This document shows, in pieces, positions 9,409-19,780 of a stretch of 64,000 nucleotides of DNA. Position numbers and translations under genes: made by a program. This stretch comes from a virus (Duplodnaviria; Caudoviricetes). Under the pieces are notes generated by a model, which was not told the DNA's origin, did not search any database, and saw only the letters and a list, made by a program, of their open reading frames with translations. Every line of letters starts with the position of its first letter. Positions within the stretch are counted from its first letter, which is position 1. The stretch is taken from the IMG/VR virus record IMGVR_UViG_3300024259_001623, one strand, 5' to 3'.

Positions 9409-12400
9409 TTATATACGATTATAAACTTTTTTATAATCTGAGTCTATGTCGTGAGCAGCTTGATTCTGTTGGTCGAGACTGAATAAACTTTTCAACTGAG
9501 TTGCAAGTTCTCCAGAAGCAGTCCTTTGATTGCTTTTTTCTCCAATAACAACGGGATTACTCTCTAGCCCGCCAGCTTCTCCGTCGAGTCCTTTTTTAGA
9601 AAAGATGCCTTTTTCAAAATCTGCAAGTTGCTCCATTTGGTATCTTGCCAACTCAGCGATTTTCTCTGCCAAGCCTTCTGGTTTGATACGGTTATCTTGC
9701 AACATACGACCGGCAATTCTTGTAGCTTCAGCATAAACTTTTCTATTATCGGACTCCGCTGTAGTAGAAGCGATGCCTATATCTTTATTTTCTTTTTCAG
9801 ATTCCTGTCCTTCGCCCTTTGGTAACGTATCGCCACCGGCTGGGAAAGAAGGATGATCTTTAGGGGAATCTGGTTTACTCTTAAAAGTCTCTTTCTCTTT
9901 ACCAATAAATCCGCCGTCACTCTTAACATCCTTATCCTTTACTTCATCAGCATCGAACTTATCTTCGTCGCCCATAGTCTTATTGTCTTGTATGGGTTGG
10001 ATATCAGGATCTTTAGAATCAGGTTCTTTAGGAGCTAACTTTTTCTCATTAGCAGACTTCAAAATGTTATCAGCTAATGCAGAAATTCTTTCTCTAGTAG
10101 ATGCAGCCTTAGAAGTACCGGCTCCTTGTTCGCCGCCAGTATTTCTTACATCTCCGCCCTCTAACTCTTCTTCGCCCATTGGAGAACTTCCTGCTGGAAC
10201 TTTAACCTCTTCAGTATCAATCTTTGTCTCTTCCGAGATAAGAGCTTGATCACCAGTATGAGGAACAGAAGGCTTTCCTTCTGTCAAAGCATTCTCATTA
10301 TCCATTGGAGTTCCGTCTTTATATTTTCCGATATCAGGAGAATCTTGAGCATTCTGCTGCTGCAAAGATTTCTCTCCAGCTTCGGCTTTCTTATTTACAA
10401 CAGATAAGACGTTAGACAAGTCTAATCCGATATGTCCAGTTCTACCGATATAACCATGTTTCATGGTGTTGGCCTCTTTCTCAATATTTTCTTGATTGTT
10501 TGCCATTGTCATTTCAGAATCTTCCATATCCATTTCTTCTTCGTCGCCCTCTTTTTCTACCATCTCGTCTGTCTCTTCAGGATTCATAACTCCTGCGTTA
10601 TCATTCATATACTCATCTTCTTCTGGGACTCCTTCTTTATTTCCCATTTTTTCTTCAATTACTTCTTCTACTATGTCTTCAACCCTATCCATAATCTCTT
10701 CAACTATTTCTGCTTCAGGACTTTCTACAACATCTTCTACATCTTCTACGTCTTCTACAACATCCTCTACGTCTTCTTCAATACCTTCTACGCCTTCTCC
10801 AATATCTTCTACAACATCTACTACTTCTTCTTCGCCTTCCATATATTGCATATCAGAAGATTCTTCTCCTTCCATATCTTTAACTTCTTCAGTTCCTAAA
10901 TTCTCTCCCAAAGCCTTATCAACAACTTCATCTACTACTTCTGAAGCATCTTCAGGAGTATCGATGTCTACTTCGACTTCGGTAACTTCTTCTGGAACTT
11001 CTTCTACGACTTCGCCTTCACCTTGAGCCTCATCAATAGCTTGCTCAAGTTGCTCTAAAACTTCCGAAGGTAATTCAATAGTTATAGTAGCATCTGTATC
11101 TTCGCCAAAAGGCTCGATATCTACAATGCTGATGCCGTCAGGACCGCCAGGACCGTCTGGTCCTTCTGGACCGTCATCTTCGACATCCAACTCGTCAACA
11201 ATGACATCATCCAACTGTGCATATTTTGTTTTCAATGCATCGCAGATGACGCATGACTGTTTGTATTCAAATCCCAATCTGATATAATCTTCGATACATT
11301 CGCTAGCAGCTTCTTTCTCTACCCAAATTCCAGCGACCTTAACGGCCAAATTGCTAGAGTAAACGCCAGCATTCTTCAAAGACTTGCAAACGCAATCTGC
11401 CAAAGCTTTCCCTTCGCAAGGACCGCTTAAAGCAACTGCATTTTCGCCATATCTATTAGCCAACTTTTGCATGCAACTTTCAACTGGGAACTGACTACCA
11501 TCAACAGAAGCAAACTTAGTCTTATATTCATCAACTACGGATGTCTTTGTGCTTGCAGTCTTAATCTTATCTATAAGTCCCTTTCCGCTCATAGCCAAGA
11601 TAACGTTACCCTTTTCTTTCATATCTAATGTATCAAAGCCCTTTTCGTCCAAACCAACTGTAGTTAAGGCTTTAATGAATCTTGCTTTACTTCTTGAGCA
11701 AGAATCGCATTCCATATCAGTATTAGTTTTCCAACTCCATTGAGCGTATATATTCTTAGGATTCTTTGTACTAGCAGCATACTTAACTTCATACGCAATT
11801 CCAGAATCCATACACATAAACTTATTTGTATCTAATTGCATAACGTTTGTAGAACCAGTTACAGGGCTGACTTCGCCTAACTTAACTCCAGCTTCAGAAG
11901 CGATCTTCAAAGCTTCAGGAGTCAATTTTGTAGTCATAGCGAACTTACCAACTTTCATAACGGATGCTACTTTTTCCATTTTACTATCAGACTTGGCTGC
12001 TGCTGCCATCTCGCCCTCGCCTTCTGGAAGTGCAAAGCCTTCGCCTTCCAATTCTGCTCCAGCGGCTTCAGTCTCATCTTCGCCAGCGAACTCGTCCTGG
12101 TCAATACCATCGTCCTTGTCGCCAGAAACGCCTTGCCATTTAGTTACTTTAATATCGATTTCATAAGAAAACTCCGATCCGCAGTTATTGCATTTTCCTT
12201 GTCCTTTGATGATATCAACATCTTCGCTTGTGCAAACTGGGCAAGTGGAGCCAGGAGGCTTAGGCTGTAAATCTTCGCCATCATCTCCCATTCCTTCTGC
12301 CATATCAGTCTCTTCAAATGTCTCTAATGGAGCTTCGCCCATATTTCCAGGAGCGGCTGGCATTGTAGCCCCAGCACCGGCTCCTGCTCCCCCATCAGCG

Positions 12401-15219
12401 CCGCCAGCGGCTTCGCCGCCCATTCCTGGACCGCCTTGACCACCGAACATTTGAGCAGTCTTTACTAAATCATCTCTAGAAGCCATTCTCATATCTTTTT
12501 CATCATCATCAAGTTCGAATGGATCATAGAGCAATTCTTCGTGCTTTTTACCCTTTTCTATCTCTGCCAACTCTTCTGGGGTAGGCTCAATATATTCCAT
12601 TTCCTCAGTCGCAGGCGGATCAAGCTTCTCTTTTCCAAAACTCTTTGGGTCATACAAAGCTGTCTGTGCAACTTTAACAGCAGCTTTTTCTTTTGCAGTC
12701 AAAGTCTTAACGTCCTTGACTGTAGCAACTACAAAACCTTTTTCCTCATCAATATCAATACTTAACAATGCAGTTTCGATCCCTGCATCATCAATTTCCT
12801 TATCAGCAAGTTTCTTTAAGGCTGCGATAAATTTTGCTTGATCTTCTTTACTAGCAGAAATTTCTTTCAAATCGGCATAAACTTGATAAACGCCGTCTTC
12901 TGGTCTATCCAACTCAGTAATAGCATTTTCGTATTCCGCAGTCTTATCCAAAACATCAACTGTATTCTTAGAAGCCATTTTTTCTTTTGCCATATTCTCG
13001 GCAATCTTCATACCCTTCTTGCTTCCAGCGATAACCTTAATAGCTTCTAAAACATCATCAGCCTTGTATCCTTGAATATGAGCAGAAGCACATACAAGTA
13101 AGGAATCGACAGCAGATGGAGTTCTAACGCCGGAAGAAGCGATCTTAGAGAAGTAATCATACTTTTCTCTTTCAGACTGTCTCTCGCCAGCCTTATGAGG
13201 AAGTGCATTGATCAATGTGACATAAGCAGCCTTATCTAAGGTCTTTACATTTTGATTAATGTAACTAGAAGCCTTTAAAACATCAACAGGAGTCTTACCG
13301 TAGTAAGCAATAGTATCAGCGATGGTTGCCATAGCAGACTTTACGATATCCTTAGATTCGCTAGAAGCCCATCTCTCAGCAACAGGTGCAGTACCTCCAG
13401 CTATCTGCTTTTCAGTAATAACTTCAGGAGTAGGATAAGTGTGATGAGAAACAAAATCATTAAGTTGCTTCTCAGTTATGATATTAGTCTGATCTTTGCT
13501 TAACAAGGAACCAACTAATCTACTAGTCTCATTCCATTGTTTTTCAGTAATAACTTCTGGGAAGTCTCCCCATCTAGTTACATAATCACTACCAATACTG
13601 TCTAACTGCTTTTCAGTTATAACTTCGTAAGAACCCAATCTTGCTTGTGGGCTTTCACTAGTTGTAACATTAGGATCTTTATCAGCAGTAGGATTGTCTA
13701 ACTGTTTTTCAGTTATAGTAGTAGGAGCTTTGTCCCAACGCTCGCCAGTGAATTCAGCCTCATCCAACTGTTTCTCTGTAATAACAGAAATATCATGTTC
13801 TGCTACTTTTTCAACTTTATCCTGGCCTTCACCTTTGTTCATTGCCATTATATCAGACTCCTTATTATTTAACTCTTTTTCATTATAAACATTATCGGTA
13901 GAATCATGTAATCTATCAGACAACGCTACTAGCCTTTCCTTCAAATTACCAACAGCTACCAAAAATTCCTTCTTTTTTCTGTTGTTATTTTCTAACTTTT
14001 TATTAGATGAAGTCTTAGGAACAGTAACGGAACCTATATCTCCATCCATGCTAACCTCTTCAGAACCGACCGGGCTAACAGGTTTTTGTATATTTTGAGG
14101 CTGAATATCAACTGGCTGCATTGGTTGCTCAGGAGCAACATCAGCAGTAATAGGACTTTCCCCGATATCTGGAGATGGTAATTGAGCATATCCCATTTCT
14201 AATAATTCATCTGATAAATCTTGCAAACTAGCCCATACATCTACTAAGCTACTCAAATATTCCATAGAAACATGTCTTTTCTGAGCCATAATGCTTTTTG
14301 AAACCTTTTCAATCTTATCCATAGCTTCATTTAAGTATTCTAACTCTTGCTTGCCAGCCACTTTAGACATCTTATTTCCAGTAATAGAGCAAGAACCAGA
14401 ATCGCATTCTTGTGATATCTTATTTACTTTATCTCTTAAACTAGCGACTTTCTTAGAAACCTCATTAACATTGAAGATATCTTGAACCAAGCAGGAATGA
14501 CATGCTGGATTTACTACAAAGCTATCTTCAATAAAATTAATACCAAAGTTATGTTCATATATCTGAGCGTCTTTATGTTCTAATTCGCCTGTTTTATTTC
14601 CATCTGTACTACAGATTGGGCATGGATCGTCTTTTGTTGCTGGATATTGGCATTTAACCTTACCGCTGAATTTTTTATTTTTTCTATGCTTTACGTGATC
14701 GCAATATTCATCTGCCGTTGCAGCTTTACAATGACAAATTGAGCAACAGGAATGAGAAACGCTGCAACCCATGCTACTTGCATAGATATAGCCTTCTTCT
14801 ATGCCTCTAGCCAATTTAGGATACGCAATTCTATCAACAGTGGATATGATATAAATACCGCCAGCCTTTTTGTCATACCATGCATGAACGCATTTTCCAC
14901 GAGCTTTCTCAATATCATCATTTTGATGATTGCAGAATATAGGAACTCCTATGAAAGTTTTTGCTGACTTTCTAAGTTCCTCTCCGCTAAACGAATCAGC
15001 ATTATCATTAACTTCATTCTCTTTAATAGCAAATACTTTGACAAATAGATGCTCAGGATGCTCTTTAATAGCAGATGCTATATTAAAACCACCCAAATCT
15101 GTTTGTTTGGTTTTATCAACAGATGCTACTTTAATGATCTTGTATTCGTTCCATTCTTCAGGAAAATTTAAAGCTTCAATAGAAATATGTTCTAAATTAG
15201 GTCTTTTTTCCAAGGACAT
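9409..15219 (-). CDS. Giant prohead protease-scaffold polyprotein (1936 aa)
   Basis: N-terminal protease-like region (NDNADSF...IFCNHQNDD...SSMGC...EDSFVVNPA). Six ITEKQL repeats, a CxxC-CxxC ribbon, long Glu/Asp/Val-rich scaffold-like tracts. Directly upstream of decoration and MCP. Confidence 0.75.
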   Translation of the reverse strand: MSLEKRPNLEHISIEALNFPEEWNEYKIIKVASVDKTKQTDLGGFNIASAIKEHPEHLFVKVFAIKENEVNDNADSFSGEELRKSAKTFIGVPIFCNHQNDDIEKARGKCVHAWYDKKAGGIYIISTVDRIAYPKLARGIEEGYIYASSMGCSVSHSCCSICHCKAATADEYCDHVKHRKNKKFSGKVKCQYPATKDDPCPICSTDGNKTGELEHKDAQIYEHNFGINFIEDSFVVNPACHSCLVQDIFNVNEVSKKVASLRDKVNKISQECDSGSCSITGNKMSKVAGKQELEYLNEAMDKIEKVSKSIMAQKRHVSMEYLSSLVDVWASLQDLSDELLEMGYAQLPSPDIGESPITADVAPEQPMQPVDIQPQNIQKPVSPVGSEEVSMDGDIGSVTVPKTSSNKKLENNNRKKKEFLVAVGNLKERLVALSDRLHDSTDNVYNEKELNNKESDIMAMNKGEGQDKVEKVAEHDISVITEKQLDEAEFTGERWDKAPTTITEKQLDNPTADKDPNVTTSESPQARLGSYEVITEKQLDSIGSDYVTRWGDFPEVITEKQWNETSRLVGSLLSKDQTNIITEKQLNDFVSHHTYPTPEVITEKQIAGGTAPVAERWASSESKDIVKSAMATIADTIAYYGKTPVDVLKASSYINQNVKTLDKAAYVTLINALPHKAGERQSEREKYDYFSKIASSGVRTPSAVDSLLVCASAHIQGYKADDVLEAIKVIAGSKKGMKIAENMAKEKMASKNTVDVLDKTAEYENAITELDRPEDGVYQVYADLKEISASKEDQAKFIAALKKLADKEIDDAGIETALLSIDIDEEKGFVVATVKDVKTLTAKEKAAVKVAQTALYDPKSFGKEKLDPPATEEMEYIEPTPEELAEIEKGKKHEELLYDPFELDDDEKDMRMASRDDLVKTAQMFGGQGGPGMGGEAAGGADGGAGAGAGATMPAAPGNMGEAPLETFEETDMAEGMGDDGEDLQPKPPGSTCPVCTSEDVDIIKGQGKCNNCGSEFSYEIDIKVTKWQGVSGDKDDGIDQDEFAGEDETEAAGAELEGEGFALPEGEGEMAAAAKSDSKMEKVASVMKVGKFAMTTKLTPEALKIASEAGVKLGEVSPVTGSTNVMQLDTNKFMCMDSGIAYEVKYAASTKNPKNIYAQWSWKTNTDMECDSCSRSKARFIKALTTVGLDEKGFDTLDMKEKGNVILAMSGKGLIDKIKTASTKTSVVDEYKTKFASVDGSQFPVESCMQKLANRYGENAVALSGPCEGKALADCVCKSLKNAGVYSSNLAVKVAGIWVEKEAASECIEDYIRLGFEYKQSCVICDALKTKYAQLDDVIVDELDVEDDGPEGPDGPGGPDGISIVDIEPFGEDTDATITIELPSEVLEQLEQAIDEAQGEGEVVEEVPEEVTEVEVDIDTPEDASEVVDEVVDKALGENLGTEEVKDMEGEESSDMQYMEGEEEVVDVVEDIGEGVEGIEEDVEDVVEDVEDVEDVVESPEAEIVEEIMDRVEDIVEEVIEEKMGNKEGVPEEDEYMNDNAGVMNPEETDEMVEKEGDEEEMDMEDSEMTMANNQENIEKEANTMKHGYIGRTGHIGLDLSNVLSVVNKKAEAGEKSLQQQNAQDSPDIGKYKDGTPMDNENALTEGKPSVPHTGDQALISEETKIDTEEVKVPAGSSPMGEEELEGGDVRNTGGEQGAGTSKAASTRERISALADNILKSANEKKLAPKEPDSKDPDIQPIQDNKTMGDEDKFDADEVKDKDVKSDGGFIGKEKETFKSKPDSPKDHPSFPAGGDTLPKGEGQESEKENKDIGIASTTAESDNRKVYAEATRIAGRMLQDNRIKPEGLAEKIAELARYQMEQLADFEKGIFSKKGLDGEAGGLESNPVVIGEKSNQRTASGELATQLKSLFSLDQQNQAAHDIDSDYKKVYNRI
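13400..13800 (-). repeat. Six (V/I/T)ITEKQ(L/W/I) peptide repeats in the protease-scaffold
   Basis: SVITEKQL, TTITEKQL, EVITEKQL, EVITEKQW, NIITEKQL, EVITEKQI. Coordinates approximate. Confidence 0.9.
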
Positions 15220-15256
15220 AATCGTTTCCTTTTATTATTCTGTCTATTTACTTTTT

Positions 15257-15283
15257 ATTTTATAATAAATTAAAAAATCCTTT
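15257..15283 (-). promoter_or_regulatory. Candidate phage late promoter (AAAGG-N16-TAAAAT)
   Basis: Upstream of the protease gene. The same spacing recurs upstream of other structural genes. Confidence 0.45.
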
Positions 15284-15284
15284 A

Positions 15285-15929
15285 TTATAAACCAGTAACA
15301 AACAAGTTCTCTATATCTCCAGCAGTCGTTTTTATTTTTTCTAGTATTTCATCAGGCAACGTACAAACATTTTTATCTTGCTTACAACATCCAAATTTAC
15401 CATGAGCATCAATATTATATTGTACGCCTAAATACCCTGTCAATCTACCATCGGATACTATTCTATATTTCAAAAATAAATGTACTCCTGCTCTTTTCAT
15501 ATGATGTTTCAAAAAACCATCAAATAGATCTTCAACTTTACCACAAACAACTTCATCAGCCTGCCAAGACTTTTTCAATAACGACATAACATCTGGTACT
15601 AATGTAACAGGAACATTTTGATAATTTATAAACTCATGAGAAACACTTCTTTCACAGCTTTCATGAGTTCTAGAAATTTTCTTAATAGCTCCTCCATCAA
15701 AATATTCTCCACCATTATGAAACTTGGCGATATATACTCTTTGAGCGCCAAGTTCAACTCTTAGTTCAGTGATAGATTCCTGAATCCTAAGATCGGTGTC
15801 AAAAGTTTTTAATGGGTTGATTTTTCCATTTTTTTTCTTTTTATTAGCCTTAACTTTTGATACTATTGCTATCACGACTCCAACAACAAAAGCTCCGGCT
15901 CCTACGCAGTATGTAATTAATGTTTCCAA
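15285..15929 (-). CDS. Single-pass membrane protein with GAF-like soluble domain (T4 holin T-like architecture)
   Basis: N-terminal TM segment CVGAGAFVVGVVIAIV, then a basic linker and ELRVELGAQRVYIAKFHNGG...GYLGVQY. Confidence 0.45.
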   Translation of the reverse strand: METLITYCVGAGAFVVGVVIAIVSKVKANKKKKNGKINPLKTFDTDLRIQESITELRVELGAQRVYIAKFHNGGEYFDGGAIKKISRTHESCERSVSHEFINYQNVPVTLVPDVMSLLKKSWQADEVVCGKVEDLFDGFLKHHMKRAGVHLFLKYRIVSDGRLTGYLGVQYNIDAHGKFGCCKQDKNVCTLPDEILEKIKTTAGDIENLFVTGL

Positions 15930-15972
15930 ACCATGCTCTCTTATTAAATATAACTATAACTAATTATTATAT

Positions 15973-16416
15973 TTATGCTTTCATTTTTCTAGGAATCTTG
16001 ACATTCTCTAAATCAGCAGTAGAGTAATTCGTCTGATTCTTAGGAAAAGGAATTCCCCACATCTTACTAGCATGGCTCAATGCTGACATTATACTTGTAA
16101 AATATTTTCCGCTAGGGGCATAAACTTTTTTCCTTTCATGCTTGGGAGGTAGCTTTTTTATTCCAGCGAAAAACGATTTTCTTCCATACTTCTGTTGAGC
16201 AGGTCCAACAACGATAAAATAGTCACTATCGGTTGTGTAATCATGACCTTCCCATCTTAGATATGCTCCTTCACCGATATTTTTATCAAATCTTTTCTTC
16301 AAAGGTGCAGATCTATCGTGGTACTTTTCTTCCCACTTGATCCCCCTATCACGGATTCTTTTTCTCTTTTTACTTGGAGCGACATAAGATAATTTGAAAA
16401 CATCAAAATATTTCAT
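15973..16416 (-). CDS. Hypothetical basic protein
   Basis: 147-aa ORF whose start overlaps the portal stop. Confidence 0.6.
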   Translation of the reverse strand: MKYFDVFKLSYVAPSKKRKRIRDRGIKWEEKYHDRSAPLKKRFDKNIGEGAYLRWEGHDYTTDSDYFIVVGPAQQKYGRKSFFAGIKKLPPKHERKKVYAPSGKYFTSIMSALSHASKMWGIPFPKNQTNYSTADLENVKIPRKMKA

Positions 16417-19400
16417 TATGCTTTACCTATCAAATAGATATAACCCAAACCATTATTTAATTCTATTTCATTATAAAACAAATTTTCCTCTGTTAAATTG
16501 TCAAAAATACTGGCTTCTTTTACTAATCCATCAGATTCAGATTTTTTCTTTCTATTCTTTCTATCTTGAACAGCATTTTGTATATGAGAATTAATAACTT
16601 TTCTTATTTCCTCTTCCTTATCGTGGATAGCGTCTTCTTTGAACCTTAAAATTCTCCAACCGATGTCAGCTAGTTTCTGATCTCTCTTCTTATCTCTTAT
16701 TTTAGATTCAACATTCTCATGCCAAGATTTTCCATCAGCTTCAATTCCAATACCCAAATTAGGATAAGCGAAATCTAAAACATATGGATTCTGCTGTCCA
16801 GCTACATTAACAGAGTATTGCCCATATAACTGATATGGTGTTTGCATACTTTGTATAATTTTATACATTTTTTGTTCTAATTTAGTTAACTTAATAAACT
16901 TAGGAGCAGGAGGCTTTAACTGCTCTTCCATAGTCTTGCTACCTTTACCCTTTCTACCTACCTTGAAATTAGGAGGAATTGATTCTGCGGCTCCACCCAT
17001 CTCGGCTCCTGGCATTCCGCCACCCATGTCGCCGCCAGGCATACCACCGCCCATCTCGGCTCCAGGCATTCCACCCATTTCAGCCCCAGGCATTCCCCCC
17101 ATGTCAGGAGGAGCGCCACCCCCCATTGGAGCGCCACCCATGCCGCCCATTGCACCGCCACCCATGCCACCCATGCCGCCCATCTGACCTTGAGGGCCTG
17201 CCTGAACTTGCTCATCTCTAATTCTTTCTGTCTCTTGGTCATAATCAATATCAAATTCTTCTAGCAATTTTTGAGTACTGATAAGGCCCTTATCATGCAA
17301 TTGAGACATTAATTGTAAATGATTTGATTTATCCCTAAGATTCATATCATTGAACACTAATTTAGGAACTTTATAAACAATCTCGCCTATTTCTTTAGAC
17401 TCTTTCTCGTCTACGAAACCTTGCATCATTGCTATTGGCAAGAAAATATGATTTTCTACCCATTCGGCTAATGTATTTCTCCAACTATCCAATCTTCTTA
17501 TCATTGTTTCTACGCCGACCTGAGCAGAAGAATAACTGGTCATTTCTCCATTCAACAATGATTGATTAAGCATCATTCCATCTAAAATTTCTTTACCGAT
17601 ATGTTCTAATTCTGCTGTAATATTATGAATCTTACCAGTAGCTCCATACCAATCATATTCAAAAGCATGGTGAGTCACTAATGTTAAATTAGGGTCATTA
17701 GCTACAGCAGATAATTGATTAGAAACATCCAAAATATCTTGAGGAGAAGCTGGACGCTCTTTATCTCCGATTTTAACAACTCTAATTGGCAGAATAAGTC
17801 TTTCTGCAACAATCCAGTTAGCTGTCATAATTTTCGTCTTATAAGCCAAAACTGTGAACAGTCTACGAATCAATGAAACTCCATATGTTCCGTATGGACT
17901 ATCATTATATTTCAAATGACTTACTGATCTATTTGACAAAGGTATAGGTTGCCCAGCAGAAACTAATTGAATTAATTTAGAAGGTAATCTATCATATATT
18001 TGTTTAGGCTCTCGTTTTGATACAATTGATCTTAACTCTTCATCAGGAACAAGAACAACAACTGGCTCATTAGCCAAAACATTTTTCTGTACTTCAATCC
18101 AGTCGGGATTTAAAACAACTATTCTTTTAATTTTTCCATTTGGATGATTACATACGTTCCCGTCAGTATCCATCCCTGCTCCAGAACATGCTGGACAATG
18201 TATTTCTGTAAACGGAAAAACATCCCCTATCATAAAATATTCATGACTAATCAGTTTTAACCAATAATTTAATCTAAGATCTTTTGAGATCTTTTCGAAA
18301 TACTTTAAAACCTTTTTATCTGACTGTTCTAAAACGAACCCGTTCATGGGAAACTGCGAATTATGGCAACATACTCTATTAACTATATAAGTATGAGCAT
18401 TTTTAACCGTTAAATCATATACTTCTCCTGAATATCTATATTTCTTAATCGATATTATTTTTCTTAAAATATAATTTCCTTCTTTCTTATAAGGAATATT
18501 ATTACAATATCTTTCATCTATATCGCTTTTATAATGTTTAAAAGTATCTGCAAATACCCCACAACTACGGCGGCTAACACGTACATTATAACATGTTTGT
18601 CTATTGCCTTTAGAAATTCTAGTTTTAGTAAAAGAATAAATTAAACCTAATATGTCACAAATATTTGCTATTTGTTCAGAAAGTTTTTTACTTACTCCCA
18701 CCCCTTGAAAACCATTATTTTTATTGAAACATCCATCTCCTTCCATAAAACCTTTAATTATTTCTGTCAAAACCTTTGTGGAACTTTTTAAAACAACGGG
18801 AGAAAATCTTTTAGAACCATCCTTTGCGATACCAGGGCACAAACCACAAAGATCATCTGCAATATTCCTGCCATAAGCAGAGATAACGGTTGTATTAGTA
18901 TCCTCAAGTAATCTAACTGTAACTTTAATATTACCATAATATTTTTTTATACAATCTACGGCTTTTACTGCTAAAGTGTCATATTCATCTGCTGATAGAT
19001 AAAAATAAACTCCCTTATAATGTTTTTCCATTTTTCCTTTTAATGACGTATGCTGATAAGGTATGCCACATCCTTCCGCAGCATAAAGTCCAAGAAGCCA
19101 TGAAAAATCTTTATCAAAATTAATTTCTGATTTTTGATTTTCTTCATAATTACAAGGCGAAACTAACCAATCTCCCTCAGAAAGCTCTCCTGCTTGAACT
19201 TCAACAATTTTTCCATTTCTCATAACAAACATATTATGGCCAGTTGTTACTTTTAATGGTCCTTGAGAAATTCCAGCTATTTTAATCTTCAACATTTCTT
19301 CATTTGTATTCCGGCAATGCACATGAGTCACTTCATTAGAACTACCATCATGGCTTCTGACTAAATCCCCCACTTCTATAGATTCTATCGTTTTTTGCCC

Positions 19401-19760
19401 ACCGTCTGCCATCAGTACTGGTGTTTTAGGCTCAAAACAATAGAAATCTATACCGGCAGCGACTTTAGGTTCATTTTCATAATAGAATCTTGCCCATTGA
19501 TATATCTCTCTTCTCTTACTTGCGATCTGCCAGTTTTGAGGAGTATGCAAAGGACTGAAGAACATAGGCTGAGTCATCGTAACATTGGCACCTGACCCAG
19601 CAAATTGTGAGTTTTTAGTTATAGGAACAACAGCAGAATTACTTTCAGCGTATCTACCACCATTATTTCCATTTTTATTAGAAGAAGTATGATGCCCACC
19701 AGAAGCTGATACTATCTTCTTTTTAGCATTGTCGTCTGGTACATTCATTTTTATTGGCAT
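16416..19760 (-). CDS. Portal protein with an intein and a C-terminal Gly/Met/Pro linker plus DUF559-like nuclease domain
   Basis: Portal-like core (YGTYGVSLIRR...EILDGMMLNQSLLNGE.TSYSSAQVG) upstream of protease/MCP. C-terminal YVLDFAYPNLGIGIEADGKSWH...RDQKLADIGWRILRF. Confidence 0.8.
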   Translation of the reverse strand: MPIKMNVPDDNAKKKIVSASGGHHTSSNKNGNNGGRYAESNSAVVPITKNSQFAGSGANVTMTQPMFFSPLHTPQNWQIASKRREIYQWARFYYENEPKVAAGIDFYCFEPKTPVLMADGGQKTIESIEVGDLVRSHDGSSNEVTHVHCRNTNEEMLKIKIAGISQGPLKVTTGHNMFVMRNGKIVEVQAGELSEGDWLVSPCNYEENQKSEINFDKDFSWLLGLYAAEGCGIPYQHTSLKGKMEKHYKGVYFYLSADEYDTLAVKAVDCIKKYYGNIKVTVRLLEDTNTTVISAYGRNIADDLCGLCPGIAKDGSKRFSPVVLKSSTKVLTEIIKGFMEGDGCFNKNNGFQGVGVSKKLSEQIANICDILGLIYSFTKTRISKGNRQTCYNVRVSRRSCGVFADTFKHYKSDIDERYCNNIPYKKEGNYILRKIISIKKYRYSGEVYDLTVKNAHTYIVNRVCCHNSQFPMNGFVLEQSDKKVLKYFEKISKDLRLNYWLKLISHEYFMIGDVFPFTEIHCPACSGAGMDTDGNVCNHPNGKIKRIVVLNPDWIEVQKNVLANEPVVVLVPDEELRSIVSKREPKQIYDRLPSKLIQLVSAGQPIPLSNRSVSHLKYNDSPYGTYGVSLIRRLFTVLAYKTKIMTANWIVAERLILPIRVVKIGDKERPASPQDILDVSNQLSAVANDPNLTLVTHHAFEYDWYGATGKIHNITAELEHIGKEILDGMMLNQSLLNGEMTSYSSAQVGVETMIRRLDSWRNTLAEWVENHIFLPIAMMQGFVDEKESKEIGEIVYKVPKLVFNDMNLRDKSNHLQLMSQLHDKGLISTQKLLEEFDIDYDQETERIRDEQVQAGPQGQMGGMGGMGGGAMGGMGGAPMGGGAPPDMGGMPGAEMGGMPGAEMGGGMPGGDMGGGMPGAEMGGAAESIPPNFKVGRKGKGSKTMEEQLKPPAPKFIKLTKLEQKMYKIIQSMQTPYQLYGQYSVNVAGQQNPYVLDFAYPNLGIGIEADGKSWHENVESKIRDKKRDQKLADIGWRILRFKEDAIHDKEEEIRKVINSHIQNAVQDRKNRKKKSESDGLVKEASIFDNLTEENLFYNEIELNNGLGYIYLIGKA
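18360..19439 (-). mobile_element. Intein with LAGLIDADG endonuclease in the portal (360 aa)
   Basis: Junctions FY/CFEPKTPVLMADG and VYDLTV...YIVNRVCCHN/SQF. LAGLIDADG motifs LLGLYAAEGC and IKGFMEGDGC. Confidence 0.93.
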
Positions 19761-19780
19761 GTTGTATCCTTTTAAAACGA

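Noticed and set aside
7812-14967. Many antisense or alternative-frame ORFs in the track (for example 7812-8162, 8092-8601, 10432-11026, 12188-12439)
   Set aside because: They overlap strong minus-strand genes, have Ser/Phe-rich shadow composition and lack SD sites.
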